IMG/VR virus record: IMGVR_UViG_3300020477_001008
Location: 62,001 to 126,000 of that record
Direction: 5' to 3' (one strand)
Length of the DNA stretch: 64,000 bases
Position numbers and translations under genes: made by a program
Shown: positions 50,064 to 60,538 of the stretch, piece after piece
How the letters are laid out: each line of letters opens with the position of its first letter
Position numbering within the stretch: the first letter of the stretch is position 1
The notes under the pieces: model-generated
The model's input: the letters and a program-made list of their open reading frames with translations, nothing else
Database searches by the model: none
Told to the model about the DNA's origin: nothing

Positions 50064-50999
50064 ATGTCAGAAATGAGTTCAAAATTAGAACAAGTCCTTG
50101 AATACTTGGTTAACGGCGAGCAAGACAAAGCAGAAACTTTACTGCACGATGTCATCGTTGAAAAAGCAAGAGGAATTCACGAGGAGCTTGTTAATGCACA
50201 AGAAGATACAGTAGCTGAAGAGACTAAAGAAGAAGCAACTGAATCAACTGAAGCAACTACAGACGAATCAACAGAAGTAACAGAAGAATCAACAGACGAA
50301 GTTAAAGAAGAAGCTAAAGAAGAAGCTACTACTGAAGCAAAAGAAGAAGATGCTAAAGAAGAAGCTACTACTGAAGCAACTGAAGAAACTAAAGCTGAAG
50401 AATCTAAAGAAGAAACTAAAGAAGCAGTAGGTTCTGAAACAGGTGATGCTGAAGCTGATCTTAAAGATGAGTTAAAAGCAAAAGCTGAATCAGATGCTGA
50501 AGAAATTGACTACGAAGAAACTAACGAAGACGATGGTGATGAAGATGGTGAAGACGATGACCACGATCACGAAGAAGTTGAAGATAGAGTAGATGATTTA
50601 GAATCAGCATTAGAAGAACTGAAATCAAAATTTGATGATATTATGAACGGTGAAGGCGAAGGCGAAGAAGAAGCTGACGCAGAAGTAGAAGTTCCAGCAG
50701 AAATCGACGCTGAAGAATCAACAGAAGAAGTTGAGACTCCAGTTGTTGAAGCAGAACTTAAAGCAGTTAAAGTTGCTTCTCCAGACGGTTCAGATAACAC
50801 AAAATCACCAGTAGCATCAGCTAATATGAAAGATATGGGAGCGGCACCAAGTGTATCTCCAGCATCTGACGAAAAAGGCGGATCAACACCAGCATCAAAA
50901 GATATGGGTGCTAGTAACACAGGTGATATGAAAGAAGTTAAGGCTGACAGCAAAGATGGATCAGATTCATCTGCGAAGTCACCAGTAGCCAGCAAATAA
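50064..50999 (+). CDS. Acidic prohead core/scaffold protein (gp67-like position)
   Basis: AAGGAG SD; extremely Glu/Asp-rich; lies before the prohead protease. Confidence 0.65.
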   Translation: MSEMSSKLEQVLEYLVNGEQDKAETLLHDVIVEKARGIHEELVNAQEDTVAEETKEEATESTEATTDESTEVTEESTDEVKEEAKEEATTEAKEEDAKEEATTEATEETKAEESKEETKEAVGSETGDAEADLKDELKAKAESDAEEIDYEETNEDDGDEDGEDDDHDHEEVEDRVDDLESALEELKSKFDDIMNGEGEGEEEADAEVEVPAEIDAEESTEEVETPVVEAELKAVKVASPDGSDNTKSPVASANMKDMGAAPSVSPASDEKGGSTPASKDMGASNTGDMKEVKADSKDGSDSSAKSPVASK

Positions 51000-51027
51000 T
51001 TTGCTGACTAGGTAAGGAGATAGATTT

Positions 51028-51663
51028 ATGGTTCAATTGATTACAGAAGCTTTGACATTCGACCAAGCAGGGATCGAAGTTTTGCACGAAGGTAAAGACG
51101 GCAAAGCAAAAGACCTTTTTATGAAAGGTGTTTTTATTCAAGGCGGAGTGAAGAATCAAAATCAAAGAGTTTATCCTATAAACGAAATTTCTTCTGCGGT
51201 AGCTAATATCAAAGAAAGATTAAATTCGGGTTATAGTGTTTTAGGTGAGGCGGATCACCCAGAAAACTTAACAGTAAATCTTGACAGAGTAAGTCATATG
51301 ATTACTGATATGTGGATGGATGGTCCAAATGGCCTAGGTAAACTTAAAATAATGCCAACACCAATGGGTAAGATAGTAACTACATTATCTGAAAGTGGTG
51401 TTAAATTAGGAGTAAGTTCTAGAGGATCTGGGAACGTTAATGAAGCAGGAGAAGTTCAAGGTTTTGAAATTATCACTGTTGATATCGTAGCCCAACCGTC
51501 GGCTCCGGATGCATATCCAAAAGCGATTTATGAAGGCTTATGGAATATGCGTGGTGGTCAAAAACTTTATGGTTTAGGTCAATCAGCGATGTTTGATCCT
51601 AGAGCACAAAAGCATTTGGCTGATTCTATAACTAAACTAATAGAAGAGCTAAACAAGAAGTAA
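51028..51663 (+). CDS. Prohead protease, gp21
   Basis: NQNQRVYP, LGEADHP, GVSSRGSG, DIVAQPSAPDA. Confidence 0.93.
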   Translation: MVQLITEALTFDQAGIEVLHEGKDGKAKDLFMKGVFIQGGVKNQNQRVYPINEISSAVANIKERLNSGYSVLGEADHPENLTVNLDRVSHMITDMWMDGPNGLGKLKIMPTPMGKIVTTLSESGVKLGVSSRGSGNVNEAGEVQGFEIITVDIVAQPSAPDAYPKAIYEGLWNMRGGQKLYGLGQSAMFDPRAQKHLADSITKLIEELNKK

Positions 51664-51673
51664 GGAGAATCAG

Positions 51674-52765
51674 ATGGCAGATATTACAGAAATCTTTGGA
51701 ACAGATGGTTTATCTGAAGACGTTAAATCAAAAGTTCAAGAAGCTTGGGAGAAAAAGCTGTCTGAGGCTCGTGAGGACATCTCTGCAGAATTAAGAGAAG
51801 AGTTTGCTCAACGTTATGCGAATGACAAAGCTAACATAGTGGAAGCTATGGACAAAATGATCGGTGAAGTAATGAAAAAAGAAGTTTCAGAATTTGCTGA
51901 AGATAAAGCTAAAGTAGTTGCTGAAAGAGTAGCACTAAAAAATAGCGTAGCTAAACATACGAAAATGTTGGAAAAATTCATATCTGAAGTTCTTGTAAAA
52001 GAAGTAAAAGAGTTACAAGGCGATAGAGATGCACTTAAAGGTCAATTTGCGAACTTAGAAGAGTTCGTAGTCAGACAACTCTCCAATGAGTTAACTGAAT
52101 TTAGCCAAGACAAGAAAGATGTTATTGAAACAAAAGTTAAATTAGTAGCAGAAGGTCGTAAGATGATTGAAGATACTAAAGCAACATTTGTTAAAAGAGC
52201 ATCGGACATTGTTGAGAAAACAGTTAGTTCAACACTTAAAAATGAAATGAAAACACTTAAAGACGATATCAAAGTTGCTAAAGAAAACGACTTTGGAAGA
52301 AAAGTGTTTGAAGCATTTGCAGGTGAATATATGAGTTCTTACCTTTCAGAAGGTGGAGAAATTCGTAAGTTGCAGTCACAACTTACAAATGAGAAAGAAG
52401 CAACTGCGAAAGCAGAAGCGGCCCTTTCAACAAAAGATGACGAAGTTAAAGCAATGGAGACTAAGGTTAAAATAGCTGAAGACAAAGTTTCAAGAGAGAA
52501 AACTCTCAATGAACTTGTTGGTCCATTAGCTAAAGACAAGCGTCAAGTAATGACTGAGCTATTAGAATCAGTTCAAACTGCTAACTTAAGAAAGCAATTT
52601 GAAAAGTATCTACCAGCTGTATTAAACGAAACAGCGGCGCCTAAAGCTGATGATGATAAAATTATCATCACTGAGCATACAGGTGATAGAGAAACTGAGC
52701 ACGGCTCAGACAATACAAACAACGATATCGTTAATATTAAACGACTAGCAGGGTTAAGGAGTTAA
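51674..52765 (+). CDS. Prohead core scaffold, gp22
   Basis: Long coiled coil between gp21 and gp23; ends IKRLAGL. Confidence 0.8.
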   Translation: MADITEIFGTDGLSEDVKSKVQEAWEKKLSEAREDISAELREEFAQRYANDKANIVEAMDKMIGEVMKKEVSEFAEDKAKVVAERVALKNSVAKHTKMLEKFISEVLVKEVKELQGDRDALKGQFANLEEFVVRQLSNELTEFSQDKKDVIETKVKLVAEGRKMIEDTKATFVKRASDIVEKTVSSTLKNEMKTLKDDIKVAKENDFGRKVFEAFAGEYMSSYLSEGGEIRKLQSQLTNEKEATAKAEAALSTKDDEVKAMETKVKIAEDKVSREKTLNELVGPLAKDKRQVMTELLESVQTANLRKQFEKYLPAVLNETAAPKADDDKIIITEHTGDRETEHGSDNTNNDIVNIKRLAGLRS

Positions 52766-52768
52766 ACA

Positions 52769-53947
52769 ATGTCAGAAAACAAAATGATAACTGAAAATTG
52801 GGATAACACTAAAAAAGCTCTGATGGAAGGTCTAGAAGGCCAAAAGAAAGACACTATGTCTGCTGTGTTAGAAAATACACAGAAATATTTGGCAGAGGCC
52901 GCTTCAGCAGGTGCTACAGGTGCCGGCAACGTTGCCGCACTTAACAAAGTGGTATTACCAGTAATTCGTAGGGTTATGCCTACTGTGATCGCGAACGAAA
53001 TCATCGGTGTACAACCAATGACGGGTCCAGTTGGACAAATCCACACATTAAGAGTAAGATATGCAGAGTCAGATCAAGGTGTAACAGCAGGTTCTGAAGC
53101 ACTTTCACCATTCCAAATCGCAAGAGGTTATTCTGGTGAAGAAGGTACGACTACTGATACAGCGGCGGCTACAAGTGCGTTAGAAGGTAAAGCGGGTAAC
53201 AAATTATCTATCCAAATCTTAAAACAAACTGTAGAAGCTAAAACAAGAAAACTTTCAGCAAGATGGACATTCGAATCGGCGCAAGATGCTAACGCGATGC
53301 ACGGTTTAGATGTAGAAGCGGAAATTATGGCCGCTCTTGCTCAAGAGATAACTGCAGAGATAGATCAAGAGATCTTATTCTCATTAGATTCATTAGCGGC
53401 AGTTGGTGGAACATATAACCAAGGTGGTGTTTCAGGTACAGCTACTTTCGTAGGTGACGAACACGCGGCTTTGGCTACTATGATCAACAGAGAAGCTAAC
53501 AGAATCGCACAAAGAACAAGAAGAGGCGCAGGTAACTGGTGTGTATTATCTCCAGTAGCTTTAACTGTTCTTCAATCAGCAACAACTTCAGCTTTCGCAA
53601 GAACAACTGAAGGTACTTTTGAAGCTCCAACTAATACTAAAATGGTTGGTACTTTGAACGGTGCAATGAGAGTATATGTTAATTCATATGCGGCTGACGG
53701 TGCAAACGTATTAATCGGTTACAAAGGTCCAGGTGAAGTGGATGCGGCGGCTTTCTATTGCCCATACATCCCATTAATGTCATCAGGTGTTGTAATTGAT
53801 CCTACAACTTTCGAACCAGTAGTAAGCTTTATGTCTAGATACGGTTACGTACAATTAGACAATACTGCTTCATCACTTGGTAATGCAGGTGACTACCTAT
53901 CGAAAATTGATATGAATACAAACATCGCTAACTTGAAATTTATGTAA
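52769..53947 (+). CDS. Major capsid protein, gp23
   Basis: GVQPMTGPVGQI, AKTRKLSARWTFE.AQD..AMHGLDVEAE, FYCPYIPL, SRYG. Confidence 0.96.
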   Translation: MSENKMITENWDNTKKALMEGLEGQKKDTMSAVLENTQKYLAEAASAGATGAGNVAALNKVVLPVIRRVMPTVIANEIIGVQPMTGPVGQIHTLRVRYAESDQGVTAGSEALSPFQIARGYSGEEGTTTDTAAATSALEGKAGNKLSIQILKQTVEAKTRKLSARWTFESAQDANAMHGLDVEAEIMAALAQEITAEIDQEILFSLDSLAAVGGTYNQGGVSGTATFVGDEHAALATMINREANRIAQRTRRGAGNWCVLSPVALTVLQSATTSAFARTTEGTFEAPTNTKMVGTLNGAMRVYVNSYAADGANVLIGYKGPGEVDAAAFYCPYIPLMSSGVVIDPTTFEPVVSFMSRYGYVQLDNTASSLGNAGDYLSKIDMNTNIANLKFM

Positions 53948-53987
53948 TATTTTAAGTTGCGGAATAGTATTCCGTAGTAAACAATTT

Positions 53988-54016
53988 AAAACGCCCGGTT
54001 TTATGCCGGGCGTTTT
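53988..54016 (+). terminator. Rho-independent terminator after the major capsid gene
   Basis: AAAACGCCCGGT-TTTAT-GCCGGGCGTTTT. Confidence 0.85.
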
Positions 54017-54091
54017 GCGTTATAGCAGATCTTTAATTAAACAATCCTTTTAATAAAAATGGCTAAATATTTGTAGGAGAACAGAACAAAT

Positions 54092-56536
54092 ATGGCGGCT
54101 AAGACAACAAGACGATCATCAGGTACTATTCACTTCGCACCAGAAGTTACATTTGCTGGTAATACAGCTACAATAAGCTCTACGGACTTATCAGTAGGAG
54201 ATAGCTTATTAACACTTAATAAAGGCAATGCTTCATTAAGTGGTTCAGGTGGTATTGAAATAGAAGAAGCAGGATCAATTATATCAAGCTTAAAATATAC
54301 TGAAGCAAGTGGAAATGGTACTTGGACTTTCCTAGGAAAAGGTACATCAAAAGTAGATTTTAATAATGCTACATTTGAAAACTATGGATTAGGTACAATA
54401 TCGTCAGCGGATATTAACGCAGGTACAATTGATGGTACTACAATTGGTGCTACGTCGCATACAACAGGTAAGTTTACAGATTTAACAGCTACAGGAACAG
54501 TTAATTTAGGTTCTGGTTCAGTATCAGCTACAACATTCACAGGTGCCTTAACAGGAGATGTTAATGGTAACGTAACAGGTAACCTAGTAGGAAATACAAC
54601 AGGTAATACAACAGGAAATTTAATTGGTGATGTTTATGCAAGTAATACTACAACAAAAATTTTAGAAGCAGGTACTAATGGTACAGATGCAACAATACAA
54701 GCAACATTAACAGGTGACTCAACAGGAGTACATACTGGTAATGTTAAAAAAGGTGATGGTACAGTAATAGTAGATGTTGCTTCAACACCAGCATCATTTA
54801 CAGGACAAGTTTCAAGTATTGCTAATTTTACTACAACAAATTTAGCTGAAGGTACAAATTTATATTATACAAACGCAAGAGCAGATGCCAGAATAGCGGC
54901 GGCAGGTATAAATGATTTATCAGATGTTAATACAAGTGGTATAAGCACAAATAATATTTTACAATGGAACGGAACAGCTTTTGTTCCAGCTACAATAGGT
55001 TATTCAGTTGCTAATTGGCAGACGGCTACTTTTACAACTAATAATACAATTAATGGTACATCATTAGCGGCAGGATCAGCCAGTGGTTTATCAGATAACA
55101 TTACAGTAATTGGATCAACTAAAGTTAGGGTTGAAGCACATTCAAGATATAAAATTACTGGTTCAGGTAATTGTGATTTTTATGCTCAATTAAAAAGAAC
55201 ATCTGGAACACCAGCTATATTGGCAGAAGAAAAATATTCAGTAACGGCAACTACAGCACAAACAATTAATTCAAACTTTGATGTGTTTGAAACTGTTGGT
55301 GCAGGAACTCACACTTATGCAATTGAATTTTTTGCTAGTGCTAATACTATTTCATTAGAAAACAATCCGGCACAAACAAGTGGAACAGCAACAAGTTATA
55401 TACAATTAACTGAACAAATTATAAACAATAGCATTATGCAAAATGTTATTGAAGATTCTACTCCACAATTAGGCGGGGCCTTAGATGCCCAATCAAACAA
55501 AATTGAAAATTTAGCGGCGCCAACAGCACTTACAGATGCGGCTAATAAGCAATATGTTGATACTCAAATAGCAACAGAAAACAGTATTGCTGAAATGGAT
55601 GATGTTGATACAACAGGTATTGGCAATAACAAAATTTTAAAATACAACAGTACATCAAGCAAATGGGAAATGGCTGATGATATAGATACAGATACAGGTA
55701 TATTAAATGTTGTAGAAGATACTACTCCACAACTTGGTGGCGGTTTAGATTTAAACTCAAAAGATATTACAGGCACAGGATCAATCAACATAACAGGCGG
55801 TGTTACAGCTTCAACAACAGGTGCATTTAAAGATGGAACATATTCAGGTAACGTAACTATTACAGGAAACTTAACTGTAAATGGAGATACAACTACAATT
55901 GATGTACAAACATTAGAAGTTGAAGATCCAATTATCATTTTAAACAAGCATTCAACACAACCAGCAAACAATACTACTGACGCAGGTATTATAGCACAAA
56001 GAGGATCATCTGAAAACAATGCGGCTTGGTTCTGGGATGAAACAAGTGATAGATGGATTGCGGCAACCACAACAAGTGATGGTTCGGCTACAGATATTAC
56101 AGTTACAGCAAACGCAAATATGCAGGCCGGCACAGCATACTTAACAGCAACAACGGCTCAATATGCTGACTTGGCTGAGCTTTATACTTCAGATAAAGAA
56201 TATACTGTAGGTACTATTCTTGTACACGGAGGTTCAGGTGAAGTAACAGAATCAACTACTAAAATGGATCATAGAGTGGCAGGAGTTGTATCATCAAATC
56301 CAGCATACTTAATGAATAGTGAAGAAAAAGGTATGACAGTACCAGTTGCATTAAGAGGTAAAGTTCCTGTAAGTGTAATAGGTCCAGTTGCAAAAGGTGA
56401 TTTAATTGTAACTAGTGATACGCCAGGTGTAGGTGAAGCACATCCAGGTGTAACTAATTGTGTGTTTGTAGTTGGTAAAGCACTTGAAGATGATGATACT
56501 GAAAATCTAGTAAGATTAATTAACGTTTTAGTTTAG
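54092..56536 (+). CDS. Tail fibre/virion fibre protein with C-terminal chaperone-like domain
   Basis: Thr/Gly-rich repeats (GNVTGN, EDTTPQLGG, LSDV); C-terminal YADLAE...GVVS.NPAYLMN...VALRGKVP. Confidence 0.75.
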   Translation: MAAKTTRRSSGTIHFAPEVTFAGNTATISSTDLSVGDSLLTLNKGNASLSGSGGIEIEEAGSIISSLKYTEASGNGTWTFLGKGTSKVDFNNATFENYGLGTISSADINAGTIDGTTIGATSHTTGKFTDLTATGTVNLGSGSVSATTFTGALTGDVNGNVTGNLVGNTTGNTTGNLIGDVYASNTTTKILEAGTNGTDATIQATLTGDSTGVHTGNVKKGDGTVIVDVASTPASFTGQVSSIANFTTTNLAEGTNLYYTNARADARIAAAGINDLSDVNTSGISTNNILQWNGTAFVPATIGYSVANWQTATFTTNNTINGTSLAAGSASGLSDNITVIGSTKVRVEAHSRYKITGSGNCDFYAQLKRTSGTPAILAEEKYSVTATTAQTINSNFDVFETVGAGTHTYAIEFFASANTISLENNPAQTSGTATSYIQLTEQIINNSIMQNVIEDSTPQLGGALDAQSNKIENLAAPTALTDAANKQYVDTQIATENSIAEMDDVDTTGIGNNKILKYNSTSSKWEMADDIDTDTGILNVVEDTTPQLGGGLDLNSKDITGTGSINITGGVTASTTGAFKDGTYSGNVTITGNLTVNGDTTTIDVQTLEVEDPIIILNKHSTQPANNTTDAGIIAQRGSSENNAAWFWDETSDRWIAATTTSDGSATDITVTANANMQAGTAYLTATTAQYADLAELYTSDKEYTVGTILVHGGSGEVTESTTKMDHRVAGVVSSNPAYLMNSEEKGMTVPVALRGKVPVSVIGPVAKGDLIVTSDTPGVGEAHPGVTNCVFVVGKALEDDDTENLVRLINVLV

Positions 56537-56693
56537 ATAAACGTTCTTTTTTAGCTAAACGTTCTTTTTTAGCTCTAACACTTTCATTATAACTTAATCG
56601 TAAAGATTTAATTTCTTCAGCCATATAATCAGCAAAGTCTTTTCTTGCTTTTCTTATGTTTTTTTCTTTACCCATCCAAACAACCTTAATCAT
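56520..56693 (-). CDS. 57-aa basic hypothetical protein (not in ORF track)
   Basis: ATG overlaps the upstream gene end; MIKVVWMGKEKNIRKARKDF...AKKERLAKKERLSKLKR*. Confidence 0.5.
   Translation of the reverse strand: MIKVVWMGKEKNIRKARKDFADYMAEEIKSLRLSYNESVRAKKERLAKKERLSKLKR
56538..56573. repeat. Perfect 18-bp tandem duplication
   Basis: TAAACGTTCTTTTTTAGC x2, in frame (AKKERL x2). Confidence 0.9.
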
Positions 56694-57354
56694 ATTTTCT
56701 TTTTAATTCTTCTATTATATTTTCATTGAAGTCTTTATATACATCTGCCCATTTTTTAAAGTCTTTTAACATTTCTTGTACGTGATAATAACTTATAGGA
56801 TATGTAAAAAATGGATAATTTGCTTTAATATCTTGATATCTTTGTTCAAGTCTTTGTAAGCTAATAATATCGTATTCAATATCAAGCCTTAACTGTGGAA
56901 AAAAATGTTCTTGCAAAAATATATCATATACAAATCTGTGATTTATATTTCCTAAATCAAAGTTGATACGACATTCTGCTATTTCAAAATACAAAGCTCT
57001 TACTGGATTAATTCCTATTCTATATTTAGATAATATACTTGGAAATTTATATCTTTGGTCTAGTGTTCTTAAGTTACTAGTTATAGTATAATATACATCT
57101 TCAATATCATATCTTAATTGTAAATCAGTATCAGCAGTATGTTGATTATAAAAATTATATGCATCAACTAATACTTTATATAAACTTCTTAATTCACCTT
57201 TTTCAATACCTTCCATATATTCATAGAAATCTTTTTTTGTAATTCCGTAATCAGTAAGGTAATTTGCTAAATTTTTATTAATAGCTCTTTTTTTAAGAAA
57301 GTGATTTAAATCACTTATCATTCGTGCTTGATGTATTTGATAAATTTGCCCCAT
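56686..57354 (-). CDS. Hypothetical protein
   Basis: 222 aa; TAAATA 7 nt upstream. Confidence 0.65.
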   Translation of the reverse strand: MGQIYQIHQARMISDLNHFLKKRAINKNLANYLTDYGITKKDFYEYMEGIEKGELRSLYKVLVDAYNFYNQHTADTDLQLRYDIEDVYYTITSNLRTLDQRYKFPSILSKYRIGINPVRALYFEIAECRINFDLGNINHRFVYDIFLQEHFFPQLRLDIEYDIISLQRLEQRYQDIKANYPFFTYPISYYHVQEMLKDFKKWADVYKDFNENIIEELKRKYD

Positions 57355-57371
57355 AATGTACTATTTAGGCA

Positions 57372-57794
57372 TTATGTAGAAAGGTTACAAAGCTTTTTAA
57401 TTTTGGCTATATTTTTTTTATTAGTTAATGTAATTTTGGCACCACTATGCAATGGCTTAGGCCATTTACCAATATCTATCCAAGCATAACCAGAGCTTTC
57501 ATCATTTAATGTAGGAATAAATTCTTTAGGAGTAATAATAACATAGGTATAATATATAAATCCTTTGTCAGGTGATCTGTACGTATCAAGAGGATTTAGT
57601 TTTTCCATATGTGGTACAAAACCTATCTCTTCATTCATTTCTCTACGTAAAGCATCAATAGGCTCTTCACCTTTTTCAATTTTTCCACCCCAGAAGCTCC
57701 AAGTATTAGGATAAGAAACACTTTTGCTTCTTAAGTTTAAAAGCATTCTCTTTGTGTTTTTTGCTACGAATGTTGTTCCTACTGCTTTATACAT
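57372..57794 (-). CDS. NUDIX hydrolase
   Basis: GGKIEKGEEPIDALRREMNEEIG Nudix box. Confidence 0.9.
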   Translation of the reverse strand: MYKAVGTTFVAKNTKRMLLNLRSKSVSYPNTWSFWGGKIEKGEEPIDALRREMNEEIGFVPHMEKLNPLDTYRSPDKGFIYYTYVIITPKEFIPTLNDESSGYAWIDIGKWPKPLHSGAKITLTNKKNIAKIKKLCNLST

Positions 57795-57838
57795 AATAAT
57801 TTCTCTTTTATTTTTCTTATATTATAAGAGAATTATGG

Positions 57839-59218
57839 CTACGGTGCAAGTTCTAATTTCCAGAAGCCATTTTTATATTGACCTTGATAACTGTCAATCC
57901 ATTGGGTTCCTGTCCATCTATATTGTGATCCTGTATTAGTATTTGTTACATATTTTGTACTAGAATTTGCTGAAGCATCAAAACTTATTGTCCATTTTGC
58001 AGAGCTACCATCATATTGGATAATATCATTTGCACTTGCTTCAAATGTTGATCCCCAAGCTAGTGTATTTTTTGGAATAGGATTTACTAATAGATATCTT
58101 TGTCCATTAGTAACTGCTGGTAAAGTACCATTTGTTGTTGGTAATGGAAATGCTGTTTCTGGATCAATAATTTTATCAACTGCCGCTTCGGTATTATTTG
58201 GTAATGTTGAAGTATCAAGTGTAAAAATTAATTTATTTTTATCAGTTGGATGAAATGCTAAAGTACCATAAATGTCAGCTGTAGAATCAGTAGGTTCACC
58301 TGACTGTCTTAAAACTAATCTTGAAATACCATCTTGCAATTGTCCATAAATTTCTAAAAACTCTTTCCAACTTTCATCATCATTTTTACCATAAGCACCT
58401 AATAATGAAACGTTATTTCCTACAATTGATATTTGTGAATTTTCAGGTGTAACAACATTTGTTCTAATTTGACCAGGAAAGTTTTCAAAGAAATTAATAA
58501 ATCTTGGATCGTAATCTAAGTCATCAATTGAATCTGTATTGTTTACTCTAGCAATAATTTGTTTAATAATAGATTGTTTTTTAACTTTAGCAGGTGGGTT
58601 TAACCAAATAGGTAAACTAAATGTTAATGTAGCAACATCTAATTGTGTATCTGCACCTTGCGGTACTGCTCTTGAACTCCATACAATATCAATTAACTCT
58701 ACGTTAGTAATATTAGTCCAATCTAATGGATTATCATTTGCTTGTAATTCTATTGCTGGATTAAACAATACTAATATTTGTTCCATAATTTGTAATTTTT
58801 GATCTGTGTTTGAACACCAAAGATCAACAGCCATATTTAGATTATATGGAACAGGCATAAATCTTTCTACTGTATAAGTATTGCCTATTTCTGCTGTATA
58901 ACTATCTGATGAAGTATCATATTTTCTTTCCGCAACTTGTACTTTATCAATTAATCTTGGTTCTTGTAATCTGTCTCTTGCTATTTGCAAATTAGTAATA
59001 TAAGCACTCATAAAAGGACAAGAGTTCATTACGTTTTCTGAATTATGTCTTAATATATGAGCTACCATTCTTTGCATATCAGCATATCTTACTGGTACTC
59101 TCACATAAGCATTACTATCACTATTACTTTTTTTACCAACTTTAATAGAAACGTCATCAAACAATTTCATAAATTGTAAAATGTATCTTCTTACCTGTTG
59201 ATCATACCAATATTGCAT
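57839..59218 (-). CDS. Tail sheath stabiliser/terminator, gp15-like
   Basis: YDQQVRRYILQF, RVPVRY, MPVPYNL, QIMEQILVLFNP. Confidence 0.8.
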   Translation of the reverse strand: MQYWYDQQVRRYILQFMKLFDDVSIKVGKKSNSDSNAYVRVPVRYADMQRMVAHILRHNSENVMNSCPFMSAYITNLQIARDRLQEPRLIDKVQVAERKYDTSSDSYTAEIGNTYTVERFMPVPYNLNMAVDLWCSNTDQKLQIMEQILVLFNPAIELQANDNPLDWTNITNVELIDIVWSSRAVPQGADTQLDVATLTFSLPIWLNPPAKVKKQSIIKQIIARVNNTDSIDDLDYDPRFINFFENFPGQIRTNVVTPENSQISIVGNNVSLLGAYGKNDDESWKEFLEIYGQLQDGISRLVLRQSGEPTDSTADIYGTLAFHPTDKNKLIFTLDTSTLPNNTEAAVDKIIDPETAFPLPTTNGTLPAVTNGQRYLLVNPIPKNTLAWGSTFEASANDIIQYDGSSAKWTISFDASANSSTKYVTNTNTGSQYRWTGTQWIDSYQGQYKNGFWKLELAP

Positions 59219-59227
59219 TTTTTATCC

Positions 59228-60472
59228 TTAATCTGTTTTAGGTTTAATAACCTTACTTAAATATTCTCTTTCTTTGTTACCAGAACCTTGTCCTGATTTA
59301 TCATTATTAATAAATGAATCAAGTTGTTGATTACTTGTAACGTATGTACCTCTAAAGTCATCACTAACTTTAATATATCTATTTCCTTCTTTTCTAAATA
59401 ATCTACTTGGCGAATAATCAACACGTAATACATATTGACCTTCTGTAATTGAAGCAGGAAACGATGTTCCAGTATGAGTTATTGTTAATCCTAATCCAGG
59501 TTTTCCACTTTGTGATTTTGGATTAATTTTATGTGTGTCTTTTTCATTTACATATAAGTGACCTACGTCAGCCCCTTTAGTTGGAACGTTTCTAGTAGCT
59601 TCATTAACAACAGCATCTGAAATATTAATATCTTCTTGATAAGTTGATATAATATTTTTAAGATCACCTGCGTCTTTACCGCTACCAAGGATATCTCTAA
59701 ATTCTTGTGCGTCTTGCATAGCAACTGCCTTACATCTCCAGATGTGTGGCCACCAACCTGGATCGTAACCTTCTTGACCTCTTGCGGCGTCTTCAACCAC
59801 ATAAAATTTGTTTATCGCCATATCTTCTTTTGGTGTATAAGAAGATGTTGTTGCACTAGCAGAACTTTTATCGCCAGTAACTGTTTCTCCTGTTTGGAAA
59901 TCTGCGCCAACTGTTACTCTAACAGTTTTTGCATCGTGGTTGTAAGCAATAACGGTGGCAGTTGCTCCTGATGTTCCACCAGTTATTGTCTCGCCTTTGC
60001 GAAACTTTTTAGTTGGCTGTGCTGTTAATGTCATTGTTGCACAGTCAAGTCTTAAATCATCACGTTGGTGTGGTAATTCAAATACATCACCTGGCATAAT
60101 TTTTCTACCAAATCTATCAACCATATCATTAAGATGGAAAGTTAGATAGATAGTATCGTTGGTTTGAAACAAGCCAAATTGTGTTAAATCAAAATCTTGA
60201 TCTTGAACTGAATATACACCACGTAAATCATATACATCAGGGTCATAATTTCTGTCCCTGTTTTCTAAGAATAATAAATCTTGTACGTTAGTAGGACTTA
60301 TATTAGTGTTCGTAGGTTGGTCTGAAGATACACTATCAGTTTGTGCGTGAGTACCTAATAGTTTGTGTACAAATACACCTGTACCACCCATTAAAAAGTG
60401 TTCTCTTACAACACGATCAGCAAAACTGTAATCGTTACCTTTATTTGGTTTCCATAAGCTTAATCTTGGCAT
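59228..60472 (-). CDS. Neck protein, gp14-like
   Basis: QDLLFLENRDRNYD, DLTQFGLF, GDVFELPH; divergent from gp13. Confidence 0.75.
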   Translation of the reverse strand: MPRLSLWKPNKGNDYSFADRVVREHFLMGGTGVFVHKLLGTHAQTDSVSSDQPTNTNISPTNVQDLLFLENRDRNYDPDVYDLRGVYSVQDQDFDLTQFGLFQTNDTIYLTFHLNDMVDRFGRKIMPGDVFELPHQRDDLRLDCATMTLTAQPTKKFRKGETITGGTSGATATVIAYNHDAKTVRVTVGADFQTGETVTGDKSSASATTSSYTPKEDMAINKFYVVEDAARGQEGYDPGWWPHIWRCKAVAMQDAQEFRDILGSGKDAGDLKNIISTYQEDINISDAVVNEATRNVPTKGADVGHLYVNEKDTHKINPKSQSGKPGLGLTITHTGTSFPASITEGQYVLRVDYSPSRLFRKEGNRYIKVSDDFRGTYVTSNQQLDSFINNDKSGQGSGNKEREYLSKVIKPKTD

Positions 60473-60538
60473 AATAAGTCCTTATAAGTCCTTTATCTAG
60501 TATTTATTGAATTTAAAAATCTACTAAATAGTTATACA

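Noticed and set aside
50200-50760. GAAGAAGC-rich repeats as a DNA-level repeat element
   Set aside because: Explained by the low-complexity Glu/Ala/Thr coding sequence of the scaffold protein
47330-53947. Inteins, introns or homing endonucleases in portal or capsid genes
   Set aside because: The ORFs are continuous, of ordinary size and show no splicing or endonuclease motifs
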